Positions 1 to 8,821 of a stretch of DNA of 64,000 nt are shown here, piece after piece. The translations under genes were made by a program, and so were the position numbers. The notes under the pieces are model-generated. The model worked only from the letters and a program-made list of their open reading frames with translations. It made no database searches and was not told the DNA's origin. This DNA comes from Candidatus Caccovivens sp. Lineage in GTDB: Bacteria > Bacillota > Clostridia > Christensenellales > UBA1242. The stretch is from NCBI GenBank assembly GCA_051888935.1, contig JBJFCL010000039.1, forward strand, positions 9,896-73,895, written 5' to 3'. The stretch's first letter is position 1, and every line of letters begins with the position of its first letter.

Positions 1-94
1 GAAAAAATGGCTGACTAAGTTTGCACAAGCAATTTTTAGATTGTTCTCTCCGATTTTATAAAAACAAAAAATACATTTTGTTGGGCTTGAAGGC

Positions 95-589
95 TTGAAT
101 AAAATGTATTTTTTTTGTAACAATCTCTTTATGAAATTATGGTTGTTTTTAAAAAAGTGCTACAAGATATGTTATGTCGAAATTTGCAAAATTGTCTTGA
201 CACTGCTTTGTGCTTTGTTTTTTGTTGTTCCAGGAGTGATGTGCTGTTTGGAGTTGGCATACGCTTCACTAATAGTAAACAAATGCCCAGAACTTGATTT
301 AAGAGGAATTTTTGGATTGAGTCGAGAACTGTCTGTTGGTGAACGAGGAAAAATCTTCCTATCCTTTATTAAATTATTTTTGACCGTGTTTTTTGTGGCT
401 GTTATATCCTTTTTGATACTGAAATTTTTAGGCTTTTTCATATACACAAGCCACATAACTTTCCAATTAGGGGTTTCTTTGTGCGGAGTGTTTACACTCG
501 TATTGCGCGCAATTCCAGATTATTTTCGTTTTTTAAATCAAAGTTTCTCTCACACGCAGACTTTGAAAGCACAAAAATTTAAAAATTAG
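95..589 (+). CDS. hypothetical small polytopic membrane protein
   Basis: 164-codon ORF with a non-ATG first codon; the first ATG is at 104. The product is very hydrophobic, with 3-4 likely TM stretches (LTLLCALFFVVPGVMCCL, LFLTVFFVAVISFLILKFLGFF, VSLCGVFTLVL). No family recognised. Confidence 0.3.
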   Translation: MNKMYFFCNNLFMKLWLFLKKCYKICYVEICKIVLTLLCALFFVVPGVMCCLELAYASLIVNKCPELDLRGIFGLSRELSVGERGKIFLSFIKLFLTVFFVAVISFLILKFLGFFIYTSHITFQLGVSLCGVFTLVLRAIPDYFRFLNQSFSHTQTLKAQKFKN

Positions 590-646
590 ATGTTTTGTTT
601 GTCTTTTTGAAAGTTTTCCATTATAATTAACAATAGGAGTACGAAT

Positions 647-1195
647 TTGGACGCAAAATTATTTACAAACAGAGATGACGCTTTTAGAGGTTTTGTTGTA
701 GAGCGTAGAAATGTGCTGGACAGCGTGGATAGAGGAGATTTTGTGGAATGTTTCACTGAACTTTGCACAAAAGCGATGTCGGGAGATTGTGTGGCACAAG
801 ATGTTACTGCTTACTTTTTCAACAAGGGAATTCCAAACGAATTGCAACCTAACTATGAATACTATTTGTCTTGGGAAATTTTGGCAGGGGCAAACGGCAA
901 CGAATTTGCCATAGAAAAAATGGAATTTTTCTTAAATCCTGCACTTGAAACGATAATAAATGATGTTGACCTTTTAAAAGAGGCGATGTTACGCAGAAAT
1001 ATAACAAAAGACAATGCTTTGATGGTTATTTCAAATTTGATATGCGAAGGCATTGTGGACGAACTTCATATTGAAGCAAAAAATCTTATTAATATAACAA
1101 ATAAAGCATCACGCTATTCGCCTGAAAAAAATCGACCGTTTTTAAGCGCAATGGACAAGGCCTTGCCAAAAGTTGTGAAATTTTTGCTAAGTTAA
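647..1195 (+). CDS. hypothetical protein (possibly Sel1/TPR-like helical repeats)
   Basis: TTG start 7 nt after AGGAG. 182 aa of ordinary soluble composition. The GDCVAQDVTAYFFNKGI ... ILAGANGNEFAIEKMEFFL pattern loosely resembles Sel1 repeats. Confidence 0.45.
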   Translation: MDAKLFTNRDDAFRGFVVERRNVLDSVDRGDFVECFTELCTKAMSGDCVAQDVTAYFFNKGIPNELQPNYEYYLSWEILAGANGNEFAIEKMEFFLNPALETIINDVDLLKEAMLRRNITKDNALMVISNLICEGIVDELHIEAKNLINITNKASRYSPEKNRPFLSAMDKALPKVVKFLLS

Positions 1196-1690
1196 CTCAA
1201 CAATAAATCCTTCTTGCGAAAAACTTTCTGCAAAGATGCTGGTTATTCCAGTTATTATGCTGTTGCAAAGTTCATATTCTTCGGTTTTAATTGACAAGAG
1301 CATAAGTTTTATAACTAGCGTGTTTTCAATGGAAATCAAACTTAGAAATGCATCATTTTCTTTTACCACACAGTTGAATTTGTGTGGTTTTTTGTTTGAA
1401 AAACGCTCTCGTAGTACTTCCTCTGCGTTTTCCAATCGACACATTAAACGGTCGGATTCCAAACATTTTTTTAAGCGTTCAAGACACGCTTTCATCTTTG
1501 CAATCAACACAAAAATTTCGCCTATTAAAAGTTCCCTTTCTTCATCTTCCAGTTTGATAAAAACAAAGCCTTTGTCTTTCATTTTGTGTGCATATGCTTT
1601 TGCTATTTGTTCAAAATCTTCTGGTAGCATTTCATCATTATACAAATTTTCCATATACTCTTTTATGAAAATTGATGAAAAAAGGTACAA
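1187..1690 (-). CDS. hypothetical protein
   Basis: 167-codon ORF with normal E/K/L-rich composition, whereas the antisense ORF 1236..1703 is Ser-rich and low-complexity. The ORF-track start is TTG; an internal ATG at 1654 (MENLYNDEM...) is a likely true start. Confidence 0.4.
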   Translation of the reverse strand: MYLFSSIFIKEYMENLYNDEMLPEDFEQIAKAYAHKMKDKGFVFIKLEDEERELLIGEIFVLIAKMKACLERLKKCLESDRLMCRLENAEEVLRERFSNKKPHKFNCVVKENDAFLSLISIENTLVIKLMLLSIKTEEYELCNSIITGITSIFAESFSQEGFIVELT

Positions 1691-1823
1691 AAATATGTTG
1701 TGACACTCATTTTTTTATGAAAATGATTAACATATTGACTGATTAAAATTGTTGGCAAAGGTGTTTTTGCCAAGAAAGGTCTATGCAAAACTAAAAAAGA
1801 ATTGGAATAATAACAGTAAAAAA

Positions 1824-1846
1824 GAACCTTAATAGGTTCTTCTTTT
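1824..1846. terminator. bidirectional intrinsic terminator hairpin
   Basis: GAACCT-TAAT-AGGTTC stem-loop with an A-run upstream and a T-run downstream. Confidence 0.5.
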
Positions 1847-1854
1847 TATAATAA

Positions 1855-1875
1855 AACCCCAGATTATCTGGGGTT
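1855..1875 (-). terminator. intrinsic terminator of the coupling-protein gene
   Basis: AACCCCAGA / TCTGGGGTT 9-bp stem with a 3-nt loop, 15 nt past the stop at 1890. Read on the minus strand it is followed by TTTTATTAT. Confidence 0.6.
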
Positions 1876-1889
1876 CTGTTTATCTTTTT

Positions 1890-3887
1890 TTAGAAAGGAC
1901 TAAATCCGCTGGATTTTAAGATTTTTTTGTTTCTCAGTTTGATGTCGTAATAAACTTTTTGTGTGTCCAAACTCTTCATAATTCCTGCTTCTCTCTCAAC
2001 ATCTTTACGATAGAAGAAAGGTGTTTGATATGAAGGAGTTTGTTTGATTTTCATTGGATTGTATCTGAACAACTTGACAATGACCGTGTTGCGTTCAATT
2101 TGACCAAGTTCATATGCTGTGATAAGAGGTCTTGTTGTTCTTTGAAGTTGAACGCTGGTTGATGTGCTTCTGTCGTCTCTATCTTTTTCAGTTCTGGTTG
2201 TGGAAGTGTTGGTTTCTTCATGCATAAGTTGCACATCTCCACACATTTTTGAAAAGTCGTCACGCGTGTGCTGGTCGTCTGTTCCAAGGTAAATCTGGGC
2301 GTTGCAGTTTCCAATAATGGTTTTTGCTGCATCTGCACCATATTTTGTTTCCAACTGAGTGTATGATTGAACAGCCATTTCATACAATATATTTCTTCCA
2401 CGCGAAACTGTAATCATACTATCAAATTTTGGAATTGGTGGCAAGTTACCAAATTCTTCCAAAATAAAGTATACATGTTTTGGCAATTTTTTGTTGTTGT
2501 ATGAGTTTGCTTTATCCACCAAGCGCTTGTAAAGTTGTGACAAACACAAAATTGCAAGATTGTGACGCTCTTCTCTGTCGTCTGGGATAATCAAATAGAA
2601 TGCAGTTGGTTTGTTTGTGAAATCATCAAAACTTATATCACTTTCAGATGTAAGATAAGAAATACCAATATCGTTCATAAAGGAAATTTTTCCGTTCAAT
2701 ACGCCGATATACGATTTTGTTGTGTTTGGCGCATTGTTAATAACCGCACTGGTCATATTTGGGACATTGGAAGTTGCTTCATTTCTGCCTTGCAAAAGAT
2801 ATTTTCTTACTGTTTCAAATGGAGCGTCTGCATCTGGGTCACGGAAAGTGGCAATTTTGTAAAGATTGAAGAAGTTGAACTTTTCTTTCGTCATGCCAAG
2901 TTCTGGATTTAAACTATCTTCAAGCATTGCAAGAGCACAACCATATAAATAATCTTGCGCACCCTCTTCCCAAGTAGGGTCTTGTGCTTTTGATTTTGGT
3001 GCGATAGTGTTGCAGATTTCACGAAGTTCATTTTGTGCAAGGTCGCAGTACACTTGTTCAGCGCTTGCAACAGCAACTTTTACACTTTCGATGGAAGAAT
3101 AAGCAATTCCTTCAAATCCATACCATTCAGGACCATAAACTTCACCAGGGACTTCTCTAAATCCCAAATCTTTTGGTTTTTTGCCGTTGTTTACACGGGT
3201 GATATGATTTTTAAAATCTTTTCCCTTGTGATAGAGTTCATATGCATGGTCCATAGGATTCCAACGGGTTGAAGAGAATGGGTCACGAAGGTCCAGCGTC
3301 ATAACGCGATAGCCTTCATCTTCCAAGATTTTGCTTGTTGTGGTAAAAAGTTCACCTTTTGGGTCGGAGATAACCATACATGGTTTTTCACCAGAGTGAC
3401 CTAAAATTCTTATTGTAGGAACAAGACAGGCAGATGTTTTACCAGAAGCGGTTGTTCCGATAATCAAACAATGATACTCGTCTTTCATGCCGATGTTATA
3501 TTTGCCGTTTTCTATGGAATTTTTAAAGACAATTCCTGTGTTTTTGAGTGAAGGCAACTGAGCCCAAGTTGTTGCAATTAACCCTTTTTGAGTGCCAATA
3601 TCTCCACTTTTTAGCCATTTAGCGTCGTAAGACAAATCCATTTCTGCCCCACCTGCGGTTTTACCTTTGGATTTGTCGGCATCTTTCTTTTTAGGTCGGG
3701 ACAATAACAAGAAAAGTATTGTTAACAAAACGCCAACGCCAGCTCCAAAGAAAGCATAATCTGTTGTCAGCGAAGTGACAATGCTTGCAGGGTTTTGAGT
3801 AAAATAATGAAGAGCAACTCCGCCAGCATAACCCAAAATAATAAAAACTATGAGAGAAATGATAAAAGGTTTCAACTTTTTTGACAT
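1890..3887 (-). CDS. type IV secretion/conjugation coupling protein (VirD4/TraG/TraD family)
   Basis: 665 aa with two N-terminal TM helices. Walker A is GTTASGKTSACLVPT and the Walker B-like segment is YFILEEFGNL. Length and motif order are typical of T4CPs. Confidence 0.85.
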   Translation of the reverse strand: MSKKLKPFIISLIVFIILGYAGGVALHYFTQNPASIVTSLTTDYAFFGAGVGVLLTILFLLLSRPKKKDADKSKGKTAGGAEMDLSYDAKWLKSGDIGTQKGLIATTWAQLPSLKNTGIVFKNSIENGKYNIGMKDEYHCLIIGTTASGKTSACLVPTIRILGHSGEKPCMVISDPKGELFTTTSKILEDEGYRVMTLDLRDPFSSTRWNPMDHAYELYHKGKDFKNHITRVNNGKKPKDLGFREVPGEVYGPEWYGFEGIAYSSIESVKVAVASAEQVYCDLAQNELREICNTIAPKSKAQDPTWEEGAQDYLYGCALAMLEDSLNPELGMTKEKFNFFNLYKIATFRDPDADAPFETVRKYLLQGRNEATSNVPNMTSAVINNAPNTTKSYIGVLNGKISFMNDIGISYLTSESDISFDDFTNKPTAFYLIIPDDREERHNLAILCLSQLYKRLVDKANSYNNKKLPKHVYFILEEFGNLPPIPKFDSMITVSRGRNILYEMAVQSYTQLETKYGADAAKTIIGNCNAQIYLGTDDQHTRDDFSKMCGDVQLMHEETNTSTTRTEKDRDDRSTSTSVQLQRTTRPLITAYELGQIERNTVIVKLFRYNPMKIKQTPSYQTPFFYRKDVEREAGIMKSLDTQKVYYDIKLRNKKILKSSGFSPF

Positions 3888-3993
3888 AAAAACTCCTTAT
3901 ATAAATATATTTTAAACATAAATAATAAAAAAAGCAAGTAATTGAACATTTTATTTTCTTCATAGTCATTTATAAACACATATAATATGCCAG

Positions 3994-4022
3994 TTGCATT
4001 ATTTTTTGAGTTGTGATATAAT
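3994..4022 (+). promoter_or_regulatory. sigma-A type promoter
   Basis: TTGCAT (3994-3999), 17-nt spacer, TATAAT (4017-4022). The predicted transcription start is near 4029-4030. Confidence 0.55.
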
Positions 4023-4029
4023 ATATATT

Positions 4030-4300
4030 GTATCAAGCATAGATTCATGATGTGTCTTAGGACTGTTAACTTAAAGCACCATGTTTAGCGTAAGTGTTGC
4101 ATAAAAATCTTGAAAGTTAATTCACGCTTTATTGTGGTCGACACACCATCACAGGTCTTGATATATCCCGCTAATTGTCCATCGGGAAATCTAGGTCACT
4201 GATTCCTGTTTAAATGTGGAGTTGTTTGCTATAAAAGTAAAGGCATACACAATAAGAGCAAACAATCCAATCTATGAAGGCAGGGCAAAAGTTGGTGGCA
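4030..4300 (+). ncRNA. candidate structured 5' leader or ncRNA of unknown class
   Basis: About 300 nt with no ORF between the promoter and the ATG at 4327. Long-range pairings: TATCAAG 4031-4037 with CTTGATA 4157-4163; ATGATGTGTC 4047-4056 with GACACACCAT 4140-4149 (one mismatch); GGAGTTGTTTGCT with AGCAAACAATCC around 4218-4271; CCCG/CGGG at 4167-4195. Confidence 0.3.
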
Positions 4301-4326
4301 TATAAAAAGAGGATTTTCAAAATATT

Positions 4327-5019
4327 ATGTCAAATGTCAGTTTTGTACTTACTCAGGTTTTGGGCTTGACGGCGACATTAACACTTTGTCTCTCTTATGT
4401 TGTAAAAAGCAAAAAGTTATTTTTGGTTTTGGGACTTTGTGGAGAAATTGTGTATGGTTTGACATTCATATTTGTAGGTTCTTGGGGCGCAGGAATAATC
4501 TCCTTGTTGTCGTGCTTGCAATTTGTGGCTTTTTATCTTTATGAAAAGAAAAACAAAAAAGCACCAATTTGGATTGGATTGCTGTTTGTGGTTTTGTTTG
4601 TAATTGCTGGTTCAGTTACATTTGAAACTATTTGGGATATCATTCCAATTGCCACTTATTCGTGGTTTACTGTGACATTATATCTTAGAAGCACAAAATC
4701 CATCAGATTATTCAATATATTACCTGACTTGTCACTTGTTTTGTATGATGTTATGGTAAAGGCATATGCCAATGCTTTTGAAGATGGACTTGAATCAGTT
4801 TTTCTTATCACAATTGTGGTTGCTGATTTAGGAAAATCTAAAATCTCATTTAAGCGTGCAACACTACCAAAAAAATTCTTAAATGGAATAATAGGAGTCA
4901 AATTTTTTGACTTACAGTCCGCCATTTATGAAGATTCAATTAGTGAAATCCATAACGATATTCAAACAAAACTAACATCAGGTGTGTATGTTTTGTGTCC
5001 AATCGACAGATATGGATAG
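4327..5019 (+). CDS. polytopic membrane protein (possibly YgjV-like)
   Basis: 230 aa with about 5 TM helices in the N-terminal 160 aa and a soluble C-terminal tail. The family call is tentative. Confidence 0.5.
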   Translation: MSNVSFVLTQVLGLTATLTLCLSYVVKSKKLFLVLGLCGEIVYGLTFIFVGSWGAGIISLLSCLQFVAFYLYEKKNKKAPIWIGLLFVVLFVIAGSVTFETIWDIIPIATYSWFTVTLYLRSTKSIRLFNILPDLSLVLYDVMVKAYANAFEDGLESVFLITIVVADLGKSKISFKRATLPKKFLNGIIGVKFFDLQSAIYEDSISEIHNDIQTKLTSGVYVLCPIDRYG

Positions 5020-5047
5020 CAGGTCTAGATGGCTCGTAAGAGCAAAA

Positions 5048-5079
5048 AAAGAGAATTGCCGATTCTCTTTTTTCTTTTT
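5048..5079 (+). terminator. intrinsic terminator
   Basis: AAAGAGAAT-TGCCG-ATTCTCTTT hairpin followed by TTTCTTTTT. Confidence 0.7.
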
Positions 5080-5201
5080 GTCTTAATGTTGCATAACCTT
5101 CAATTTTCTTCTGTCATATAATAATTTGGAAACAGGCTTTGACTTTTTAGGCAAAGATGATTTCAGAAACACAATTTTTTAGATTTTCAAAGGAGGATAT
5201 T

Positions 5202-6341
<1,140 letters not shown>

Positions 6342-6430
6342 CTATTGTAAAAAAACACAAAAAAGATGGACCGTAAAAATCAAGTCGAGTCTATCTTTTT
6401 TATAATTTTTAACAAAAGGAAGGTTTATGG

Positions 6431-6459
6431 TTGTTTTTTTTAGGATAAAGATGTATAAT
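6431..6459 (+). promoter_or_regulatory. putative promoter of tRNA-Arg
   Basis: TTGTTT, 17-nt spacer, TATAAT (6454-6459), about 22 nt upstream of the tRNA 5' end. Confidence 0.4.
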
Positions 6460-6480
6460 TTACACATATAAAAAGCATTT

Positions 6481-6555
6481 GCGCCCATAGTGAAGTGGAT
6501 ATCACAAGCGTCTTCGGAACGCTTATGGAGGGTTCGAGTCCTTCTGGGCGCACCA
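6481..6555 (+). tRNA. tRNA-Arg (anticodon UCG), CCA encoded
   Basis: Cloverleaf folded by hand: acceptor GCGCCCA/TGGGCGC, anticodon stem AGCGT/ACGCT with loop CTTCGGA, T-arm GAGGG-TTCGAGT-CCTTC, 3' ACCA. Confidence 0.9.
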
Positions 6556-6678
6556 TATAAGTTGTATAAAAAGTCTTATTTAAAAATTTGATTTATTTTT
6601 GATTTTTGCAAAAAATATGATATCAAAAGTGTCGCAAAATCAAAAAGAAGAAATAAAAAAAACAGCTTTAACCTATGT

Positions 6679-7623
6679 TTAATAACCTTCTCCACTTTCA
6701 TAATATTCCAAATTTAAACAACCATGATAAAGATTTACTTTTAATGTGTCGTTTACTTCCTTATCATAATACAAATCACTGGAAACATTTACTCTGTATT
6801 CTTTATCATTAATCATAACATAAAGCTCATAAGTATCAAATCCTCTTGCATGATTTGAAAAGTGTTTGCGAACAACAACACATTCTAATTGAGAAACCTG
6901 ATTTTTTATTGCACAGTTTGTTACGTCTATAAAAGCAAGCCCAAAACCGTACGCACAAACCATAACCATTACAATAATACCAATTTTTGCGATTACGCTT
7001 TTAAAGTATTTCTTGTAAGTTTCTTTTAATATTGTAAAAGATAAAATTGTAAATGCAATTAAGATAATACCCATGGGAATAAGTGCATATAGGTAAACAC
7101 CATTGTTATTTATGTAAGTATGATAAAAAGTATTTGCAAGAGTAAATACAAACACAAATAGCGAAGGTGCAATTAATGCGTTATTATACATTTTGCCAGT
7201 TTTATACTTTGTTTTATATAAAGTATAGTCAATCGCATAATAACCAATAAAAACAATATTGTATATAAACAAAATCAAGTTGCTTATATCAGGTTTTCCT
7301 ATTAAATAACATACCAGCAATAAAATTGCATTAACTATAAATGCAAAGAATGCAAGCAAACGCTGTTTTGTATTTTTAGTTGTTAACATAATCATTATAA
7401 ACCAAGAAATTAAGTCGGCTTCTAAAAAGACAAAAATTATAATTGAGAATACATTTTTTGCAAGTGTGAAAGGTTGCGAACGATTAAATAAAATTAAAAA
7501 GATAAAGCATAATCCTAAAATCAACCATTGTATTGTTGAAAAAATGCTTTCAATTTTTGCTTGTCTTTCTTTATTACTCTTGCGTTTGTTTTTCTTTACT
7601 CTATCATCAATATCATTTTCCAT
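6679..7623 (-). CDS. hypothetical polytopic membrane protein
   Basis: 314 aa: Lys-rich N-terminus, about 7 TM helices, and an 80-aa soluble C-terminal domain. No family recognised. Confidence 0.5.
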   Translation of the reverse strand: MENDIDDRVKKNKRKSNKERQAKIESIFSTIQWLILGLCFIFLILFNRSQPFTLAKNVFSIIIFVFLEADLISWFIMIMLTTKNTKQRLLAFFAFIVNAILLLVCYLIGKPDISNLILFIYNIVFIGYYAIDYTLYKTKYKTGKMYNNALIAPSLFVFVFTLANTFYHTYINNNGVYLYALIPMGIILIAFTILSFTILKETYKKYFKSVIAKIGIIVMVMVCAYGFGLAFIDVTNCAIKNQVSQLECVVVRKHFSNHARGFDTYELYVMINDKEYRVNVSSDLYYDKEVNDTLKVNLYHGCLNLEYYESGEGY

Positions 7624-7694
7624 ACATCCATTATAGCATAAATTTATAAAAAGATATAAATTTTAAGAACGAATATAAAATAAGCTAGGAGTTT

Positions 7695-7739
7695 TGAAGT
7701 GAACCTCCTAAATTTGTCTATCTTTTAAGGTTCACTTCA
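7695..7739. repeat. 12-bp perfect inverted repeat overlapping a stop codon
   Basis: TGAAGTGAACCT (7695-7706) and AGGTTCACTTCA (7728-7739) with a 21-nt loop. The right arm contains the TGA stop of the 7737..8588 gene. No U-run follows on the minus strand. Confidence 0.6.
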
Positions 7740-8588
7740 TTTCCTAGTTTCCACTAGTTTTTTAACTTTTTTTAATTGAATTTGCTGCTGATTATATAGT
7801 TCTAAATCTGAAAAACTTTCTTTGTATTTTTTTGCAACACATTGCCCATCATAGTCTCTTGTTGGAGCAAATTCTAACGACACGACCTCTACATTTTTAC
7901 ATTTTTCAATAGCATATTCCAAATCTTTATAATCTTCTTCGGTTGCCATGATATGACCATCATAAAGTTTTCCTTCATCAGTGTAACCTAATCCTGAAAA
8001 ATGAATTTCCTTTACTTTTTCAAGAGGAAACTGATTTAAATAATCTTCAAAACTAATATTAAAATATTCAGCAGAAATTTTTGCATGTGGAATATCCAAC
8101 AACATTTTTAAATTGTATTCTTCTAGAACTTCTTTAAACAATTTTGGATAAGCGCACCACTCTTTAATACCATCAACAGGAGGTAAGTTTTCAAGTAATA
8201 TTTCAATCTTTGGAAAGTAACTTCTAATGATTTTTAAATTTTTTTCTAGGGTTTTTATATAGTCATCTTCACCATATTTATCTTTATAATCAAAATGAAA
8301 AGATAACCAAAATTGTTTTGTCAATTCCACATATTTTGAAAACTCATCAAATTTATCACACAATTTTGGGTCTAAAATAGAACCGCTTGAAGGTATTATT
8401 CCATGCAAGATAACCTTATAATTTTTTAAGGTTAATTTTTTTAAAGTTTCCAAATCCCATTTTCCGCCAGGATATTTGATGTAAGTTTCTTTATCGTTTG
8501 AGAAACTTAAAACTTCATCATTTATAAAATTAACAGCGAATTTCAATGTTTTCTCCTTGGTATGGTTTTTAAGTTTTATATTGAACAC
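7737..8588 (-). CDS. DUF692 / MNIO-like (xylose-isomerase-like TIM barrel) protein
   Basis: 283 aa. The ordered motifs LHG, SFHFD, ILLENLP, LLDIPHAKI, EIHFSG, YDGH and SLEF parallel the metal-ligand positions of DUF692 enzymes such as MbnB, as I recall them. A generic sugar-phosphate isomerase or AP-endonuclease-2 fold is the alternative. Confidence 0.5.
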   Translation of the reverse strand: MFNIKLKNHTKEKTLKFAVNFINDEVLSFSNDKETYIKYPGGKWDLETLKKLTLKNYKVILHGIIPSSGSILDPKLCDKFDEFSKYVELTKQFWLSFHFDYKDKYGEDDYIKTLEKNLKIIRSYFPKIEILLENLPPVDGIKEWCAYPKLFKEVLEEYNLKMLLDIPHAKISAEYFNISFEDYLNQFPLEKVKEIHFSGLGYTDEGKLYDGHIMATEEDYKDLEYAIEKCKNVEVVSLEFAPTRDYDGQCVAKKYKESFSDLELYNQQQIQLKKVKKLVETRK

Positions 8589-8821
8589 ATAATATCATAC
8601 ATATCAAAATAAGTTCAAGTTTAAATTGAAAATTTATTATATATTGTTGATTATCTATTATTTCTTACTTGTTCGCTAAACATTTCTTCAACAATTTGTC
8701 CCGATTTTAAAGTCAAATTGACTCTAACAAACAAAGATAAAAATTACAGAGTTTAATCGTTTTTACAAATAATTGACAAAGATTGATTTGTTTTGATAAA
8801 ATTTTAGCAAGGAAGGGGCAG

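Noticed and set aside
175-181. Exact 0A box TGTCGAA
   Set aside because: It lies inside a predicted coding region, and exact 7-mers are expected by chance several times in this much sequence.
1236-1703. 155-aa plus-strand ORF antisense to 1187..1690
   Set aside because: The product is Ser-rich and low-complexity, which is typical of the reverse reading of a Glu/Lys-rich gene. The minus-strand product has normal globular composition.
4030-4326. T-box leader (GGUGGCA near 4293 resembles the GGUGGUA core of the T-box sequence)
   Set aside because: I could find no Stem I features (specifier loop, AG bulge, distal GGUGNRA loop, K-turn) and no terminator/antiterminator alternative. The match is only about 7 nt.
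4030-4326. Known housekeeping RNAs (6S, SRP/scRNA, RNase P, tmRNA)
   Set aside because: The region lacks the SRP helix-8 GNAR/AGCA motifs, the RNase P GAGGAAAGUC P4 strand, and the tmRNA tag ORF and tRNA-like ends. Its two-domain fold does not form the single long interrupted 6S helix. It stays unclassified rather than assigned.
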